Virus record (IMG/VR): IMGVR_UViG_3300028394_002328
Location: 186,001-250,000 of that record
DNA length: 64,000 nt
Reading direction: 5' to 3' (one strand)
The position numbers were made by a program, and so were the translations under genes. Shown one piece after another: positions 1 through 10,094 of the stretch. Positions within the stretch are counted from its first letter, which is position 1. Each line of letters starts with the position of its first letter. The notes beneath the pieces were generated by a model. It did no database searches. It was not told where the DNA came from and was given only the letters and a program-made list of their open reading frames with translations.

Positions 1-66
1 CCCTTCATTCCTGATACTATGCCCGATGAAATCTCTGAAACTATTTTGCGACACAGAACTGTGTAA
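1..66 (+). CDS. 3' end of a gene truncated by the window edge (PFIPDTMPDEISETILRHRTV*)
   Basis: Open frame 1 from base 1 to TAA at 64-66, directly before the clpA ribosome-binding site; product not identifiable. Confidence 0.45.
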   Translation, partial: PFIPDTMPDEISETILRHRTV

Positions 67-86
67 ATATTTAAAAGGAAACTAAT

Positions 87-2351
87 GTGAGTAATTCACC
101 CGAAATTGAAACTATCATTGAAAGGGCTATTGCCTTTGCTAAAGAAAAAAATCATCAATATTGCACAGTAGAACATCTGTTATTGTCTCTTATTAACTTT
201 CCACCATTCAAAAAGTGTTTAGTTAATTTTGGTGCAGATATTGATACAATGAACGATGAAGTGAATGCATATCTTAACGGAATGCATGCCATTGAATCTA
301 AAAATAATGAAACTACTCCAAGAAAAACCAATAGTTTAGAGCGTGTTATTAACCGTAGCGTAACACAAGTATTGTTTACAGGTCGTCGCCAAGTAACAAC
401 TATTGACCTTTATCTTAGTATTGCTAGCGAGGGTAATAGCCATGCTCATTATTTCTTGTTGAAATATGGTATTAATAAGGCTGAGTTCGTTCAACACTGG
501 CAGAAAACATATAAGGGTCAAGAATATACAGGTAATTTGTCTGACCAACAAGCAGATGAAATCTTAGAAGAATATACTATCAATCTTACTACACTAGCCA
601 AAGAAAATAAACTAGAACCTGTTATTGGTCGTAGCAAAGAACTTGATGATATTATCAATGTATTGGCTAAACGGTTTAAGTCAAATGTACTAATGGTAGG
701 TGACCCAGGTGTAGGTAAAACTGCTATTGTTGAAGGTCTAGCACAGGCTATCAACAATGGAGATATCCCCCAGTTTCTCAATGGTTATCAATTGTATTCA
801 CTTGAGATTGGTAGTCTACTTGCTGGTAGTAAATATCGCGGTGACTTTGAAGAAAAAGTCAAACATGTTATTGACGCACTTAACACCAAAAAGAAAGCAA
901 TTCTCTTTATTGATGAAGCACATACTATGCAGGGTGCGGGTGGTGCTAGCAATGGTAGTGTAGACTTTGCTAATATGATTAAGCCAGCAATTACTAAAGG
1001 TACACTTAAGGTTATTGCTAGTACTACTTGGGAAGAGTTTTACGAAAGTTTTGAAAAAGATCGGGCGCTAATGCGTAGGTTCTATCGTATTGGTATTGAT
1101 GAGCCAAGTCAGGATAGTACTGTTCGTATCTTGTCAGGATTAAGCACTAGGTTGAATGATTTCCATCAAGTAGAAATCACTGATGAAGCAATCAAAGCCG
1201 CAGTAGAAAGTTCAGGCCGTTATATTCATGACCGTAAAAATCCTGATAAGTCTATTGATTTGCTTGATGCAGCCTGTGCTAAACAGCGTGTATTGGGTAA
1301 TGAAGGTGCGGTAATTACTAAAGAACTTATCTTTGAACAAGTAGAAAAATATACTGGAGTACCTGCTGATAAACTAAAAGGTGATAATTTCAGTAAGATT
1401 CAGAACTTGGAAATTAATATCAAAGGTAAACTCTACGGTCAAAATGAAACCGTTGAAAAAGTCCTTGAGCGAGTATATGTTAGTTTTGCAGGTATTGGTA
1501 ATGATACTAAGCCTACAGCAAGTTTCTTGTTCTTAGGCCCAACTGGTACAGGTAAAACTGAACTTGCGAAATTGTTAGGTAAGAACCTTGATATGCCTTT
1601 ACTTAAGTATGACATGACCGAATATGGAGAAAAACATAGCGTTAGCAGTTTGATTGGACCTCCCCCAGGTTATGTTGGGTTTGGTGATAGTCAAGTATCA
1701 GGTGGTCGTTTGATTAACGATTTGAGTAAGAACCCACATAGTATTCTATTGTTTGATGAGGTAGAAAAAGCTCACCCAGATATTTTTAATATCTTTTTAC
1801 AAATGCTAGACGAAGGACGTATTACCGGTAGTAATGGTAAAGAAGTAAGTTGTAAGAATACTATTATTATCATGACCAGTAACTTGGGATCGAGTGATAG
1901 TGAACGCAATAACATTGGCTTTGGTGATCAAGAAAAAACAGGTGAAGATGACCGAGCGTTGAAAGAATTCTTCAAGCCTGAGTTTAGAAATCGTTTGGAT
2001 CTAGTATGTAAGTTTAACAAACTAGATATGTTGAGCATTAAGAAAATTGTTATTAAGTTTACCGAAGAACTTAAAAAGAGTCTTATTGATAAACATAACA
2101 TCACACTTAAACTTACTGAGCCAGTTATCACTTATTTGGCTGAAACAGGTTATGATAAGAAAATGGGTGCTCGTCCACTAGCCCGTAAGATTGATGAATT
2201 GATTCGTGTACCATTGAGTAAAAAGATTCTATTCAACAATATTAAAAATGCTAATGTTACAGCGGTATTAGAAGATTCTGAAATTGTATTCAACACTGTT
2301 CAAAAACTAGCAGCCAAGGTAAATGAGGATGGAATCATTGAAGTCAACTAA
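87..2351 (+). CDS. clpA: ATP-dependent Clp protease ATP-binding subunit ClpA
   Basis: Clp N-domain (HQYCTVEHLLLSL), two AAA+ modules (GDPGVGKT / LFIDEAH; GPTGTGKT / LLFDEVEKAH), FKPEFRNRLD, GARPL; GTG start after AAGGA. Confidence 0.93.
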   Translation: MSNSPEIETIIERAIAFAKEKNHQYCTVEHLLLSLINFPPFKKCLVNFGADIDTMNDEVNAYLNGMHAIESKNNETTPRKTNSLERVINRSVTQVLFTGRRQVTTIDLYLSIASEGNSHAHYFLLKYGINKAEFVQHWQKTYKGQEYTGNLSDQQADEILEEYTINLTTLAKENKLEPVIGRSKELDDIINVLAKRFKSNVLMVGDPGVGKTAIVEGLAQAINNGDIPQFLNGYQLYSLEIGSLLAGSKYRGDFEEKVKHVIDALNTKKKAILFIDEAHTMQGAGGASNGSVDFANMIKPAITKGTLKVIASTTWEEFYESFEKDRALMRRFYRIGIDEPSQDSTVRILSGLSTRLNDFHQVEITDEAIKAAVESSGRYIHDRKNPDKSIDLLDAACAKQRVLGNEGAVITKELIFEQVEKYTGVPADKLKGDNFSKIQNLEINIKGKLYGQNETVEKVLERVYVSFAGIGNDTKPTASFLFLGPTGTGKTELAKLLGKNLDMPLLKYDMTEYGEKHSVSSLIGPPPGYVGFGDSQVSGGRLINDLSKNPHSILLFDEVEKAHPDIFNIFLQMLDEGRITGSNGKEVSCKNTIIIMTSNLGSSDSERNNIGFGDQEKTGEDDRALKEFFKPEFRNRLDLVCKFNKLDMLSIKKIVIKFTEELKKSLIDKHNITLKLTEPVITYLAETGYDKKMGARPLARKIDELIRVPLSKKILFNNIKNANVTAVLEDSEIVFNTVQKLAAKVNEDGIIEVN

Positions 2352-3021
2352 GTCAATTATTGATAAGTACGAAGAACGGGATCATTACTATTATAACAAG
2401 TTTAAGTATCGGGCTAAATTTCATCTAAAAGGTATCAGGGTATCTATATACTGTGATGATAAAATAGAGTTACCTAATAGGCTAGATAGACCTCGATCTA
2501 AATTTTTTAAAGATTGGTCTGAAATTAACATTCAGCCAATTGAAAATTGGATAGATTGGCGCAATCTTAATAAACCAACTAAACTTATGACTTACCGTAT
2601 TGAGGGTAATAATATTAGTGTGTTTAGTAATGATTTAACTTTACTTGAATCATTGAAAACTTTAGGTGAAGAAATAGATATTCAATATACTGAAGTTAAA
2701 AATGTTTTAACTTATGTAGGTACTAAAACTTTTGTAAGAGATCCAAAGCATAAGTTTCGTATTCATCTTAAAGCAGTCAAGGTAGATAATAATGTATTAG
2801 ATAATTTGCGTAGTATGATTACTAATAATACATCTTTATACCCTAGTAAAGGATTTGAACATTGGCTATCTATAATGCCGCGAACATGGCGACATAAATA
2901 TACCAATGCGGCACATTTCATAGATTATGATGATGAAAGTATGTTGACTTATCTACTAATAGTACATGGCAATATATTTGGTAAAAAATATAAACTAGAA
3001 AAACGGCAACAGGCTGAATAG
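2323..3021 (+). CDS. hypothetical protein
   Basis: 232 aa ORF overlapping the clpA stop, typical phage codon use; no motif recognised. Confidence 0.65.
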   Translation: MRMESLKSTKSIIDKYEERDHYYYNKFKYRAKFHLKGIRVSIYCDDKIELPNRLDRPRSKFFKDWSEINIQPIENWIDWRNLNKPTKLMTYRIEGNNISVFSNDLTLLESLKTLGEEIDIQYTEVKNVLTYVGTKTFVRDPKHKFRIHLKAVKVDNNVLDNLRSMITNNTSLYPSKGFEHWLSIMPRTWRHKYTNAAHFIDYDDESMLTYLLIVHGNIFGKKYKLEKRQQAE

Positions 3022-3024
3022 AAT

Positions 3025-3032
3025 GATAAATA
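3025..3032 (+). promoter_or_regulatory. T4-like late promoter motif GATAAATA
   Basis: Resembles T4 late TATAAATA. The same core precedes genes at 4588, 5559, 14571, 16620, 33769, 46965, 48555, 48998, 51661, 55917, 59019, 60963 (+) and 42008-42015, 60913-60918 (-). Confidence 0.65.
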
Positions 3033-3051
3033 CTCTACAAACGGAGTGTTT

Positions 3052-3222
3052 ATGGCAAAGATTGTTGAGGATGCAATTGTAATCAAGTTTAGTAAAATTG
3101 TCAAAGACCATGAAGGCAAAGATGTTGTAGTTATTGCTAATAGAGAAATTCAGCAAGCACTAGAGCAGGTTGCTCAAGAACTTGTCGGCGATTCTATTGT
3201 AGTAGAAGTGGTTTCAGCGTAA
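3052..3222 (+). CDS. small hypothetical protein (56 aa, MAKIVEDAIVIKFSK...VEVVSA), not in the ORF track
   Basis: GGAG SD upstream, late motif at 3025, TAATG overlap with the next gene. Confidence 0.7.
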   Translation: MAKIVEDAIVIKFSKIVKDHEGKDVVVIANREIQQALEQVAQELVGDSIVVEVVSA

Positions 3223-3608
3223 TGAGCCAGGCTACTACACTTATTCTGTTACCTGAAACTGCCTATGTTAATCCAGGCAATGGTGCCCCATACACCGTAA
3301 CAGGCACTTCTAATCCAGCGGCTGCATATTACTTAGGCAACCGTGATTTACAAACAGTAGCCGTTAAATTAACTCAGGTAACAGGTAACATTGTTATTGA
3401 GGCTAGTCTAGCCACTAGTCCTACAAGTAGTGATTGGTTTCAAGTTTATATGCTAGTAGCAAATGCTAATGCTGCGCCTAACACAGCACCTGAATTAGCA
3501 AGCAATGCTAGCGTATATACAAACATCGAAGGGAATTTTGTTTACATGAGAGCCAAGATTGAAGATTTCAACTCTGGTATCTTACACTATGTAAAATTAA
3601 GTTATTAA
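3222..3608 (+). CDS. hypothetical protein, possibly virion-associated beta-rich protein
   Basis: 128 aa ORF translationally coupled in a late operon; beta-strand-like composition. Confidence 0.65.
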   Translation: MSQATTLILLPETAYVNPGNGAPYTVTGTSNPAAAYYLGNRDLQTVAVKLTQVTGNIVIEASLATSPTSSDWFQVYMLVANANAAPNTAPELASNASVYTNIEGNFVYMRAKIEDFNSGILHYVKLSY

Positions 3609-3634
3609 AAAACTGTAACAATAAGGAGATACAC

Positions 3635-3874
3635 ATGTCAACAGTTGATCAATTGAAAGAGCATTTTGATTCATTTTTAGCAGAGGATGCTAAATTTGAA
3701 AGTGGTAATGCCGCTGCAGGAACTCGTGCCCGTAAAGCACTGCAAGAAGTAGCAAAACTAGTTAAACAACGCCGTGGTGAAATCACTGAAGTTAAGAATG
3801 CTAGAAAAGAAGCTAAAACAGCGGTAGTTGAAGAAGTAAAGCCAGCTAAAGCTAAAAAAGCAAAAGCCGCTTAA
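3635..3874 (+). CDS. histone H1-like (Hc1 family) DNA-binding protein
   Basis: GNAAAGTRARKAL matches the Hc1-family GNKAAGTRARK signature; Lys/Ala-rich tail; AAGGAG SD. Confidence 0.7.
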   Translation: MSTVDQLKEHFDSFLAEDAKFESGNAAAGTRARKALQEVAKLVKQRRGEITEVKNARKEAKTAVVEEVKPAKAKKAKAA

Positions 3875-3877
3875 TAA

Positions 3878-4567
3878 ATGAAAACTTTGGTAGTAATTTC
3901 GGGTGGTTTCCATCCTTTTCATGCAGGACATATGGCATTGTATAACACTGCCAAAAAAACATTTCCTGATGCCGATGTAGTAGTCGGTGCTACTAATGTA
4001 CAAAAAGATAGACCATTTCCTTTTAAGGTTAAACAGAAATTAGCACAAGTATCAGGTGTTCCTCCTAAAAACTTTGTAGAAGTTACAAGACAGTTTTCAT
4101 CACAAGATCCTGAGATTGCTAAAAGAATCGGTGATCCTGAAGATACTATATTAATTTTTGTTCGTAGTGAAAAAGATAAAAACGAAGCACCTTTACCGTG
4201 GAGTTTAAATCCTGATGGTTCAGTGCCTGTTGGTAAAAGAACAGGTAAGCCATTAAGCAACTACTTACTACCTTATAAAGGAAATGAAAACAATTTAGAA
4301 CCATTGACTAAACATGCTTATATGGCATATTTACCTACAGTAGAGTTTGGACCTGGTATTACTAGTGCTACAGAGATTCGTAATGCATGGCCCACATTAA
4401 ATGATAAGCGTAAAACCGCAATGGTTATGAGTCTTTATCCTGCAACACAAAAGAATCCTGCATTAGCAGCCAATGTTGTTGCTATGTTAGATCAGGTTAT
4501 GGGTGCTGCTGATACTGCTGACACACTAAATGAAGATATAAATCAAGATTATTTAGAAGAAAAATAA
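3878..4567 (+). CDS. cytidylyltransferase-like (HIGH-motif) nucleotidyltransferase
   Basis: VVISGGFHPFHAGH (HxGH) N-terminal motif and TSATEIR (SxT/S-type) motif. Confidence 0.75.
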   Translation: MKTLVVISGGFHPFHAGHMALYNTAKKTFPDADVVVGATNVQKDRPFPFKVKQKLAQVSGVPPKNFVEVTRQFSSQDPEIAKRIGDPEDTILIFVRSEKDKNEAPLPWSLNPDGSVPVGKRTGKPLSNYLLPYKGNENNLEPLTKHAYMAYLPTVEFGPGITSATEIRNAWPTLNDKRKTAMVMSLYPATQKNPALAANVVAMLDQVMGAADTADTLNEDINQDYLEEK

Positions 4568-4617
4568 TTTGACAGTATCCTCGTACAGTAAATAACTGTA
4601 TCATTTATGAGGATCAC

Positions 4618-5520
4618 ATGTCAGAAGAAAAAACAGTCCCTGTAGAAGAACTACAGGAAATTGCCGAGCAGGCACAACAAGAACAAACATCAGAAGAGAA
4701 GCCAGCAGAGCAAGCTCCACAAGCCGGTCAGGTTCAAGTTAATGTAGACTTCTTGCGTACTACAAGAGTTCATATTTCAATGCCATGCTATGGTGGTATG
4801 CTTACTGAATCTACATTTATGAGTTTCATTAAGTGGGCTAATACTGCTAGACAACTTGGCATTGATTGGACATTGGAAACAATGGTCAATGAAAGTCTTA
4901 TCAGCCGTGCAAGAAACACATTGACTGCTAAGTTTCTAGATATGCCTGATGCTACACATTTATTCTTTGTTGACGCAGATATTGGTTGGGAACCATGGCA
5001 TCTACTAGTATTGCTTAACCGTGATAAAGATGTTATTGGTGGATTGTATCCAATGAAAACTATGCCCATCAAATGGGTAGTTAATGGATTTGAAGGTGCT
5101 GAAGAAGGACCCGATGGATTACAAGAAGTTAGTAAAGCAGGTACAGGATTCTTGTTAATGAAGAAACATGTATTTGAAAAGTTAAAAACTCATCCAGCAG
5201 TTAAACAATACAAGAATGATATTGGACTTGATCCAAAATATGATCAGCACTTGAAAACTTATTTTGATACAGCGGTTCGTCAAAATCGTTATTATTCTGA
5301 GGATTGGACCTTCTGCGAAAATTGGCGTGATTTAGGTGGAAAGATTTGGGTAGACAAGCGTGTATTACTACGCCATAGTGGTAGTTATGTTTTCTGTATG
5401 GAAAATCAAGAACACTTACTTAAGACTGTTGGACCAATGTTCTTAGAACAACAAATGGCAACAGGATTAAAACTAATTGACAAAGACGGTAAAGAAGTTA
5501 CATCAATTAAGCCAGCATAA
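4618..5520 (+). CDS. GT-A fold (GT2-like) glycosyltransferase
   Basis: ISMPCY, ESLISRARN, LFFVDADI (DxD), GTGFLLMK, SEDWTFC, LRHSG motifs. Confidence 0.75.
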   Translation: MSEEKTVPVEELQEIAEQAQQEQTSEEKPAEQAPQAGQVQVNVDFLRTTRVHISMPCYGGMLTESTFMSFIKWANTARQLGIDWTLETMVNESLISRARNTLTAKFLDMPDATHLFFVDADIGWEPWHLLVLLNRDKDVIGGLYPMKTMPIKWVVNGFEGAEEGPDGLQEVSKAGTGFLLMKKHVFEKLKTHPAVKQYKNDIGLDPKYDQHLKTYFDTAVRQNRYYSEDWTFCENWRDLGGKIWVDKRVLLRHSGSYVFCMENQEHLLKTVGPMFLEQQMATGLKLIDKDGKEVTSIKPA

Positions 5521-5544
5521 AAAGGGGGCTTAAGCCCCTTTTTT
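5521..5544 (+). terminator. intrinsic terminator, possibly bidirectional
   Basis: AAAGGGGGC-TTAA-GCCCC-TTTTTT hairpin directly after the stop codon. Confidence 0.8.
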
Positions 5545-5571
5545 AATAATTGAGTCCAGATAAATATATAC

Positions 5572-6564
5572 ATGGACATTAAAACACTAGAATCATTTAA
5601 GTTATCGGATGCAGTAACATTCCATAACCAATTAAATCCTAAATTATTTGTAGGTCAAAAATTACTACCACAGGTAAAAAAGCAATTATTATTAATCGCA
5701 AAGGATTTCACTGATAATTTAGGTATACAAAACTTAAACATTAAAGATATTACTGTATCAGGATCCAACGCAGCATATAGTTATACACCACATAGTGATT
5801 TAGATTTACATATTATAGTAGATATGAGTAATATGAACAATGATGATGTATACCGTGAGTTGTTTAATGCCAAGAAAACTATTTACAATGATTCACATAA
5901 CATTACTGTACATGGTATTCCTGTAGAGTTATATGTACAAGATGAAGCCGAACCTGTAAAAAGTTTAGGTGAGTATAGTTTATTACAAGATAAATGGTTA
6001 AGATATCCCACTAAGCGCAGAGCAAACTTAGACCAAAACGCAACTAAAGCCAAATTTGACAAATTAGAAAAATTAATTCATTTAGCATTAAGATCAAAAA
6101 ACTTAAAAAAAATATTAGAAGTATTAAAGACTATCAAGCGATATAGACAAGCAGGGTTAGAGAAAGGTGGTGAATTTGGTCCTGAGAATTTAGCGTTTAA
6201 AGCATTGCGTAGTCAGGGGCTAATTACTAAACTATACGCATTAAGGGATCGGTTACATAGTGAAAAGTTAACGATTGAAACTATGTATCAGGATATAGAT
6301 GAAGATTCTCCAATGCAATTTGCTGCTGAAAAGACACCACCAATAAATCCATATGGTGGACTAAAAGATAGACAGTATCGCGGGGGAATATCAGAAGCAA
6401 GTGGGTATATTCCAAGTGAAAAAGAGAAAAATGATCCTCGGTGGAAAACCGGATTAACGGTGGATGTGAAACCTAATTCTATTAAAAAGAATGCCAAAGC
6501 ATTTGGGTTTAATACTAGTAGAGCGGGTATTCCACCTACATTAAAACCTTCAGGTGAAATATGA
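5572..6564 (+). CDS. DNA polymerase beta-superfamily nucleotidyltransferase domain protein
   Basis: VSGSNAAYSYTPHSDLDLHII = GS...DxD motif, with a third acidic residue in VELYVQD; preceded by late motif at 5559. Confidence 0.7.
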   Translation: MDIKTLESFKLSDAVTFHNQLNPKLFVGQKLLPQVKKQLLLIAKDFTDNLGIQNLNIKDITVSGSNAAYSYTPHSDLDLHIIVDMSNMNNDDVYRELFNAKKTIYNDSHNITVHGIPVELYVQDEAEPVKSLGEYSLLQDKWLRYPTKRRANLDQNATKAKFDKLEKLIHLALRSKNLKKILEVLKTIKRYRQAGLEKGGEFGPENLAFKALRSQGLITKLYALRDRLHSEKLTIETMYQDIDEDSPMQFAAEKTPPINPYGGLKDRQYRGGISEASGYIPSEKEKNDPRWKTGLTVDVKPNSIKKNAKAFGFNTSRAGIPPTLKPSGEI

Positions 6565-6770
6565 CAGTAACATTCTCAGGTGGAGTTAGAATAGCAGGTG
6601 GAACCACATTCTCTCCTCCCGTATCTTCATTGCCAATTAAAAGTGTTATCTTTTCGGATATGGAAGTAATCTCAACATCGTTATTAATGCTAAATACAAG
6701 ATTAACAACTACATTGAGTATTACACCGGCAAAAAGTTATGCTCAATCAATATTATTCGGGAGCGATTAA
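6561..6770 (+). CDS. hypothetical protein
   Basis: 69 aa ORF with ATGA overlap; N-terminus (MTVTFSGGVRIAGG) resembles the starts of the fibre-like genes at 13124 and 14581. Confidence 0.5.
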   Translation: MTVTFSGGVRIAGGTTFSPPVSSLPIKSVIFSDMEVISTSLLMLNTRLTTTLSITPAKSYAQSILFGSD

Positions 6771-7142
6771 ATGGCCAATCCAAATATTCTAGCGGCAACA
6801 ACTATAACAGGGAATACCACCTATTTGATTCCCGCTAATACAAGTGTCAATACATGGACCGCATTGACACCATCAGCAAATACTGTACATAAAATTGAAA
6901 ATATAACTGTTTCAAATGTTACTGGTAATGCAGTACCAATAACTCTTTCAATTAATAGTGCTATTAGTGGTGGTGGTACAGCGTATAGAATAGCATATCA
7001 AATTAGTGTACCATCAAATGCGTCATTGATTCTAACAGATAAAACTACATCATTTTATGTAACAGAAACTCAGAGTGTGGTAGCCACAGTAGGAACAGCC
7101 AGCGCACTGGAATTAGTAGCAAGTTACGAAGCTATAACCTAA
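6771..7142 (+). CDS. putative virion/fibre-associated protein (MANPNI... type)
   Basis: 123 aa Thr/Ser-rich beta-type ORF heading the glycine-rich array. Confidence 0.65.
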   Translation: MANPNILAATTITGNTTYLIPANTSVNTWTALTPSANTVHKIENITVSNVTGNAVPITLSINSAISGGGTAYRIAYQISVPSNASLILTDKTTSFYVTETQSVVATVGTASALELVASYEAIT

Positions 7143-7149
7143 TCTAACA

Positions 7150-8013
7150 ATGTCACAGCGTTATACTGGCGGAATACTTTCAGCAGCATTAACTGGTTTG
7201 AATTCGCCAGTTACCACTGTTGAGTATTTGGTTGTCGCTGGTGGTGGCGGGGGTGGACGTGAAACTAATACTTCGGGTGTCGGTGGCGGTGGTGGTGCGG
7301 GTGGTTTACTAACTGCAACAGGGTTTTCTATAACAGTTGGAACTTCTTACACCGTTACGATTGGTGCTGGCGGTGCAGGGCTAAATACTTCGACAGGTGC
7401 AGTTGGAAACAACGGCTCTAATTCTGTTTTTGGTTCTATTACCGCAATTGCTGGTGGTGGCGGTGGAGGAACGACTTTACAAGCGGGTAATACTGGCGGT
7501 TCAGGTGGTGGTGGATCAATTTTTGGCGGTGGAGGTGCGGCTGGAACGGCTGGACAAGGTAATGCTGGCGGAACACACAACACAACTTATAACTCTGCTG
7601 GTGGTGGTGGTGGCGCAGGTTCAGTAGGCGGTAATGCTGGCGCTTATGGTGGTGGCTCTGGTGGGACAGGATTAAGTTCATCCATATCTGGCACACAAGT
7701 TCAGTACGCTGGCGGCGGCGGCGGCGCTACTACTTTAACAAACGCTTCTTTGGGTGGTGGTGGCGGGGGTGGTAATGGTGCGCTCTACTCAGCATCATCG
7801 TTCGGTGGTGGTGGTTTAGCCAATACAGGTGGTGGTGGCGGTGGGGGTTCAAATGGCCCTGCACCATCAGGCTCAGGAGGCTCTGGCATAGTCATCATCC
7901 GTTACCCATCATATCTAGCCTCGGCAACATCAACGACTGGAAGCCCACAAACATACATAGATGGCAGTTGGCGAGTGTATGTATGGGTAAGTAGTGGTAC
8001 AATAACTTTTTAA
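7150..8013 (+). CDS. glycine-rich domain protein, putative fibre/adhesin subunit
   Basis: VEYLVVAGGGGG ... GGSGIVIIRYP ... SSGTITF architecture. Confidence 0.75.
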   Translation: MSQRYTGGILSAALTGLNSPVTTVEYLVVAGGGGGGRETNTSGVGGGGGAGGLLTATGFSITVGTSYTVTIGAGGAGLNTSTGAVGNNGSNSVFGSITAIAGGGGGGTTLQAGNTGGSGGGGSIFGGGGAAGTAGQGNAGGTHNTTYNSAGGGGGAGSVGGNAGAYGGGSGGTGLSSSISGTQVQYAGGGGGATTLTNASLGGGGGGGNGALYSASSFGGGGLANTGGGGGGGSNGPAPSGSGGSGIVIIRYPSYLASATSTTGSPQTYIDGSWRVYVWVSSGTITF

Positions 8014-8023
8014 GAATATAACA

Positions 8024-10084
8024 ATGGCACAAGGATTATTCACTCTCAGACAGCAAGTACAGGGCATAGTTCAAAAGGCTTGGATTGCGCCCGCAGGCAC
8101 TTCTGCTGGTGTGTTCAATGGTACTAGCCAGTATTTGACTGTTCCTTATAGTTCAGCGTTTAACTTTGGGACTGGTGATTTTACTATTGAGGGCTGGATT
8201 AACCTAAGTTCTTTAAGTGTAAATTACTATGTTCTTGCTGGAACTTGGACTACTGGAACTTCAGACGAGTGGCTAATACAAATTCAAAACAATAATACTA
8301 TTAGATTTTTAACAACCGCTGGAACAAGTTTTTATTCGGCTACTATAACAACTGGAGTGTGGTATCATATTGCAGGTGTTAGAAGCGGGTCAACAATAAC
8401 ACTGTATGTGAATGGTGCAAGCGTTGGCAGTTATACTAATGCAAATAGTATAGGATCGGTTAGCAAGACTGTTTACATTGGTGCACAAGAAACAGCAATT
8501 TGGTATGTGAATGGTTACATTAGTAACTTCCGTATCGTAAAAGGTACCGCACTTTATACGTCTAATTTTGCAATTCCATCAGCCCCACTGAGAAATATAA
8601 CAGGCACTTCGTTACTAACTCTACAAAACGCTACAATTGTTGATAATAGTAGTAACGCATCCACAATTACAAACGTTGGGTCTGCGACCACTTCAACTAT
8701 ATCGCCAACGGCAATCCCAGTTAATGGACTCTCGCCCCCAGCAGTAGACTACCTTGTAGTTGCTGGTGGTGGAGGTGCGTCACAAGGTGGCGGTGGTGCA
8801 GGAGGATTACTTCAAGGATCTATACCAGTTACGACTGGTTCTGCTCTCACAGTAACAGTTGGTGGTGGTGGCGGTGCTTATACACAAGGACAAAATTCAG
8901 TTTTTTCAAGCATCGTAGCCATTGGCGGCGGGGCAGCGGCTAGTGGTACAGGTGGCTCTGGAGGTGGCGGGAATAATTCAACAGGACAACAGGGTACGTT
9001 CGGTCAAGGCAATACTGGTGGAGCAGGTAGCGCAACAGCAAGTCCGTATGCTGGTGGGGGTGGAGGAGGTGCTGGAACAGTTGGATTAAACGCAATTTCA
9101 ACAGTCGCGGGAAATGGTGGTGCAGGAATTGCGTCTGCTATTTCTGGAACTATTACAACTTATGCTGGTGGAGGTGGAGGAGGTGGGCCGACTAATGGTA
9201 CAGGTGGTGTAGGTGGAGGTGGCAATGGTGATGCAGATGGTACAGTAAACAGAGGAGGAGGTGGCGGCGGCGGATACGCAGGAGGTCCAAAATCAGGTGG
9301 CTCCGGTATTGTCATCCTAAGTTACCCTGATATATACGCTGGAGCAGCCGCAACTACTGGTAGCCCAACAGTCAGCACCAGCGGGTCGGGGAGTTTATTG
9401 CCGGGAAGCACATCAAGTTGGATCTACTACGCGGCTCAATCCGGGTTTGCTTTTGGCACTGGTGATTTTACGATTGAGTTTTGGACTAATTTTTATAGTA
9501 CGACCAGCGGCGCTAGTGGAACGAGTTATCTTTTAGATTTCCGTGGCGCTAGTAATCCGGCTAATTCTTCACTTGGTATTTTTCAAAACAGCGGTGGACT
9601 GCAATTATTTACGCAATCAGGACTTAATCCTAATTACGGAACGCCATCAATTAACACTTGGTTAAACATAGCGGTATCTAGGGTTAGCGGAACATTGTAT
9701 TGGTTTGTAAACGGAAGTCTTGTTAGTTCCGGAGCAGACACCACTAATTACACCGTTGGCTCAACTGGCCCGTCTTTTATGGGGTCGAGTTATTATAACA
9801 ACTACGGCTTGCAAGGTTACATGAGTAATATTCGTGTAATAAAAGGCACTGGATTATACACCTCTAATTATACTGCAACCACAACGCCTTATACTGCTGT
9901 TACAAATACGCAATTGCTTTTGAATACGGTTTCCGGCGGTTATTTAGCAGATGGGTCTACAAACTCTTACGCCGCATCAGTAGCAGGAACTGTGGCATGG
10001 AATCAACTCTCACCATTCGCAACTGGTTTAGGATACAAGAACCGTGTGTACACATACACGGGTAGCGGTTCAATAACCTTCTAA
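8024..10084 (+). CDS. glycine-rich protein with two LamG/concanavalin A-like lectin domains
   Basis: Two FGTGDFTIE.W ... WxHIA/WLNIA ... YISNFRIVKG/YMSNIRVIKG units around one VDYLVVAGGGG domain. Confidence 0.78.
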   Translation: MAQGLFTLRQQVQGIVQKAWIAPAGTSAGVFNGTSQYLTVPYSSAFNFGTGDFTIEGWINLSSLSVNYYVLAGTWTTGTSDEWLIQIQNNNTIRFLTTAGTSFYSATITTGVWYHIAGVRSGSTITLYVNGASVGSYTNANSIGSVSKTVYIGAQETAIWYVNGYISNFRIVKGTALYTSNFAIPSAPLRNITGTSLLTLQNATIVDNSSNASTITNVGSATTSTISPTAIPVNGLSPPAVDYLVVAGGGGASQGGGGAGGLLQGSIPVTTGSALTVTVGGGGGAYTQGQNSVFSSIVAIGGGAAASGTGGSGGGGNNSTGQQGTFGQGNTGGAGSATASPYAGGGGGGAGTVGLNAISTVAGNGGAGIASAISGTITTYAGGGGGGGPTNGTGGVGGGGNGDADGTVNRGGGGGGGYAGGPKSGGSGIVILSYPDIYAGAAATTGSPTVSTSGSGSLLPGSTSSWIYYAAQSGFAFGTGDFTIEFWTNFYSTTSGASGTSYLLDFRGASNPANSSLGIFQNSGGLQLFTQSGLNPNYGTPSINTWLNIAVSRVSGTLYWFVNGSLVSSGADTTNYTVGSTGPSFMGSSYYNNYGLQGYMSNIRVIKGTGLYTSNYTATTTPYTAVTNTQLLLNTVSGGYLADGSTNSYAASVAGTVAWNQLSPFATGLGYKNRVYTYTGSGSITF

Positions 10085-10094
10085 GGATAATATT

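Noticed and set aside
85-90. ATG-TGA minigene overlapping the clpA GTG start
   Set aside because: Easily arises by chance; no further evidence of a regulatory role
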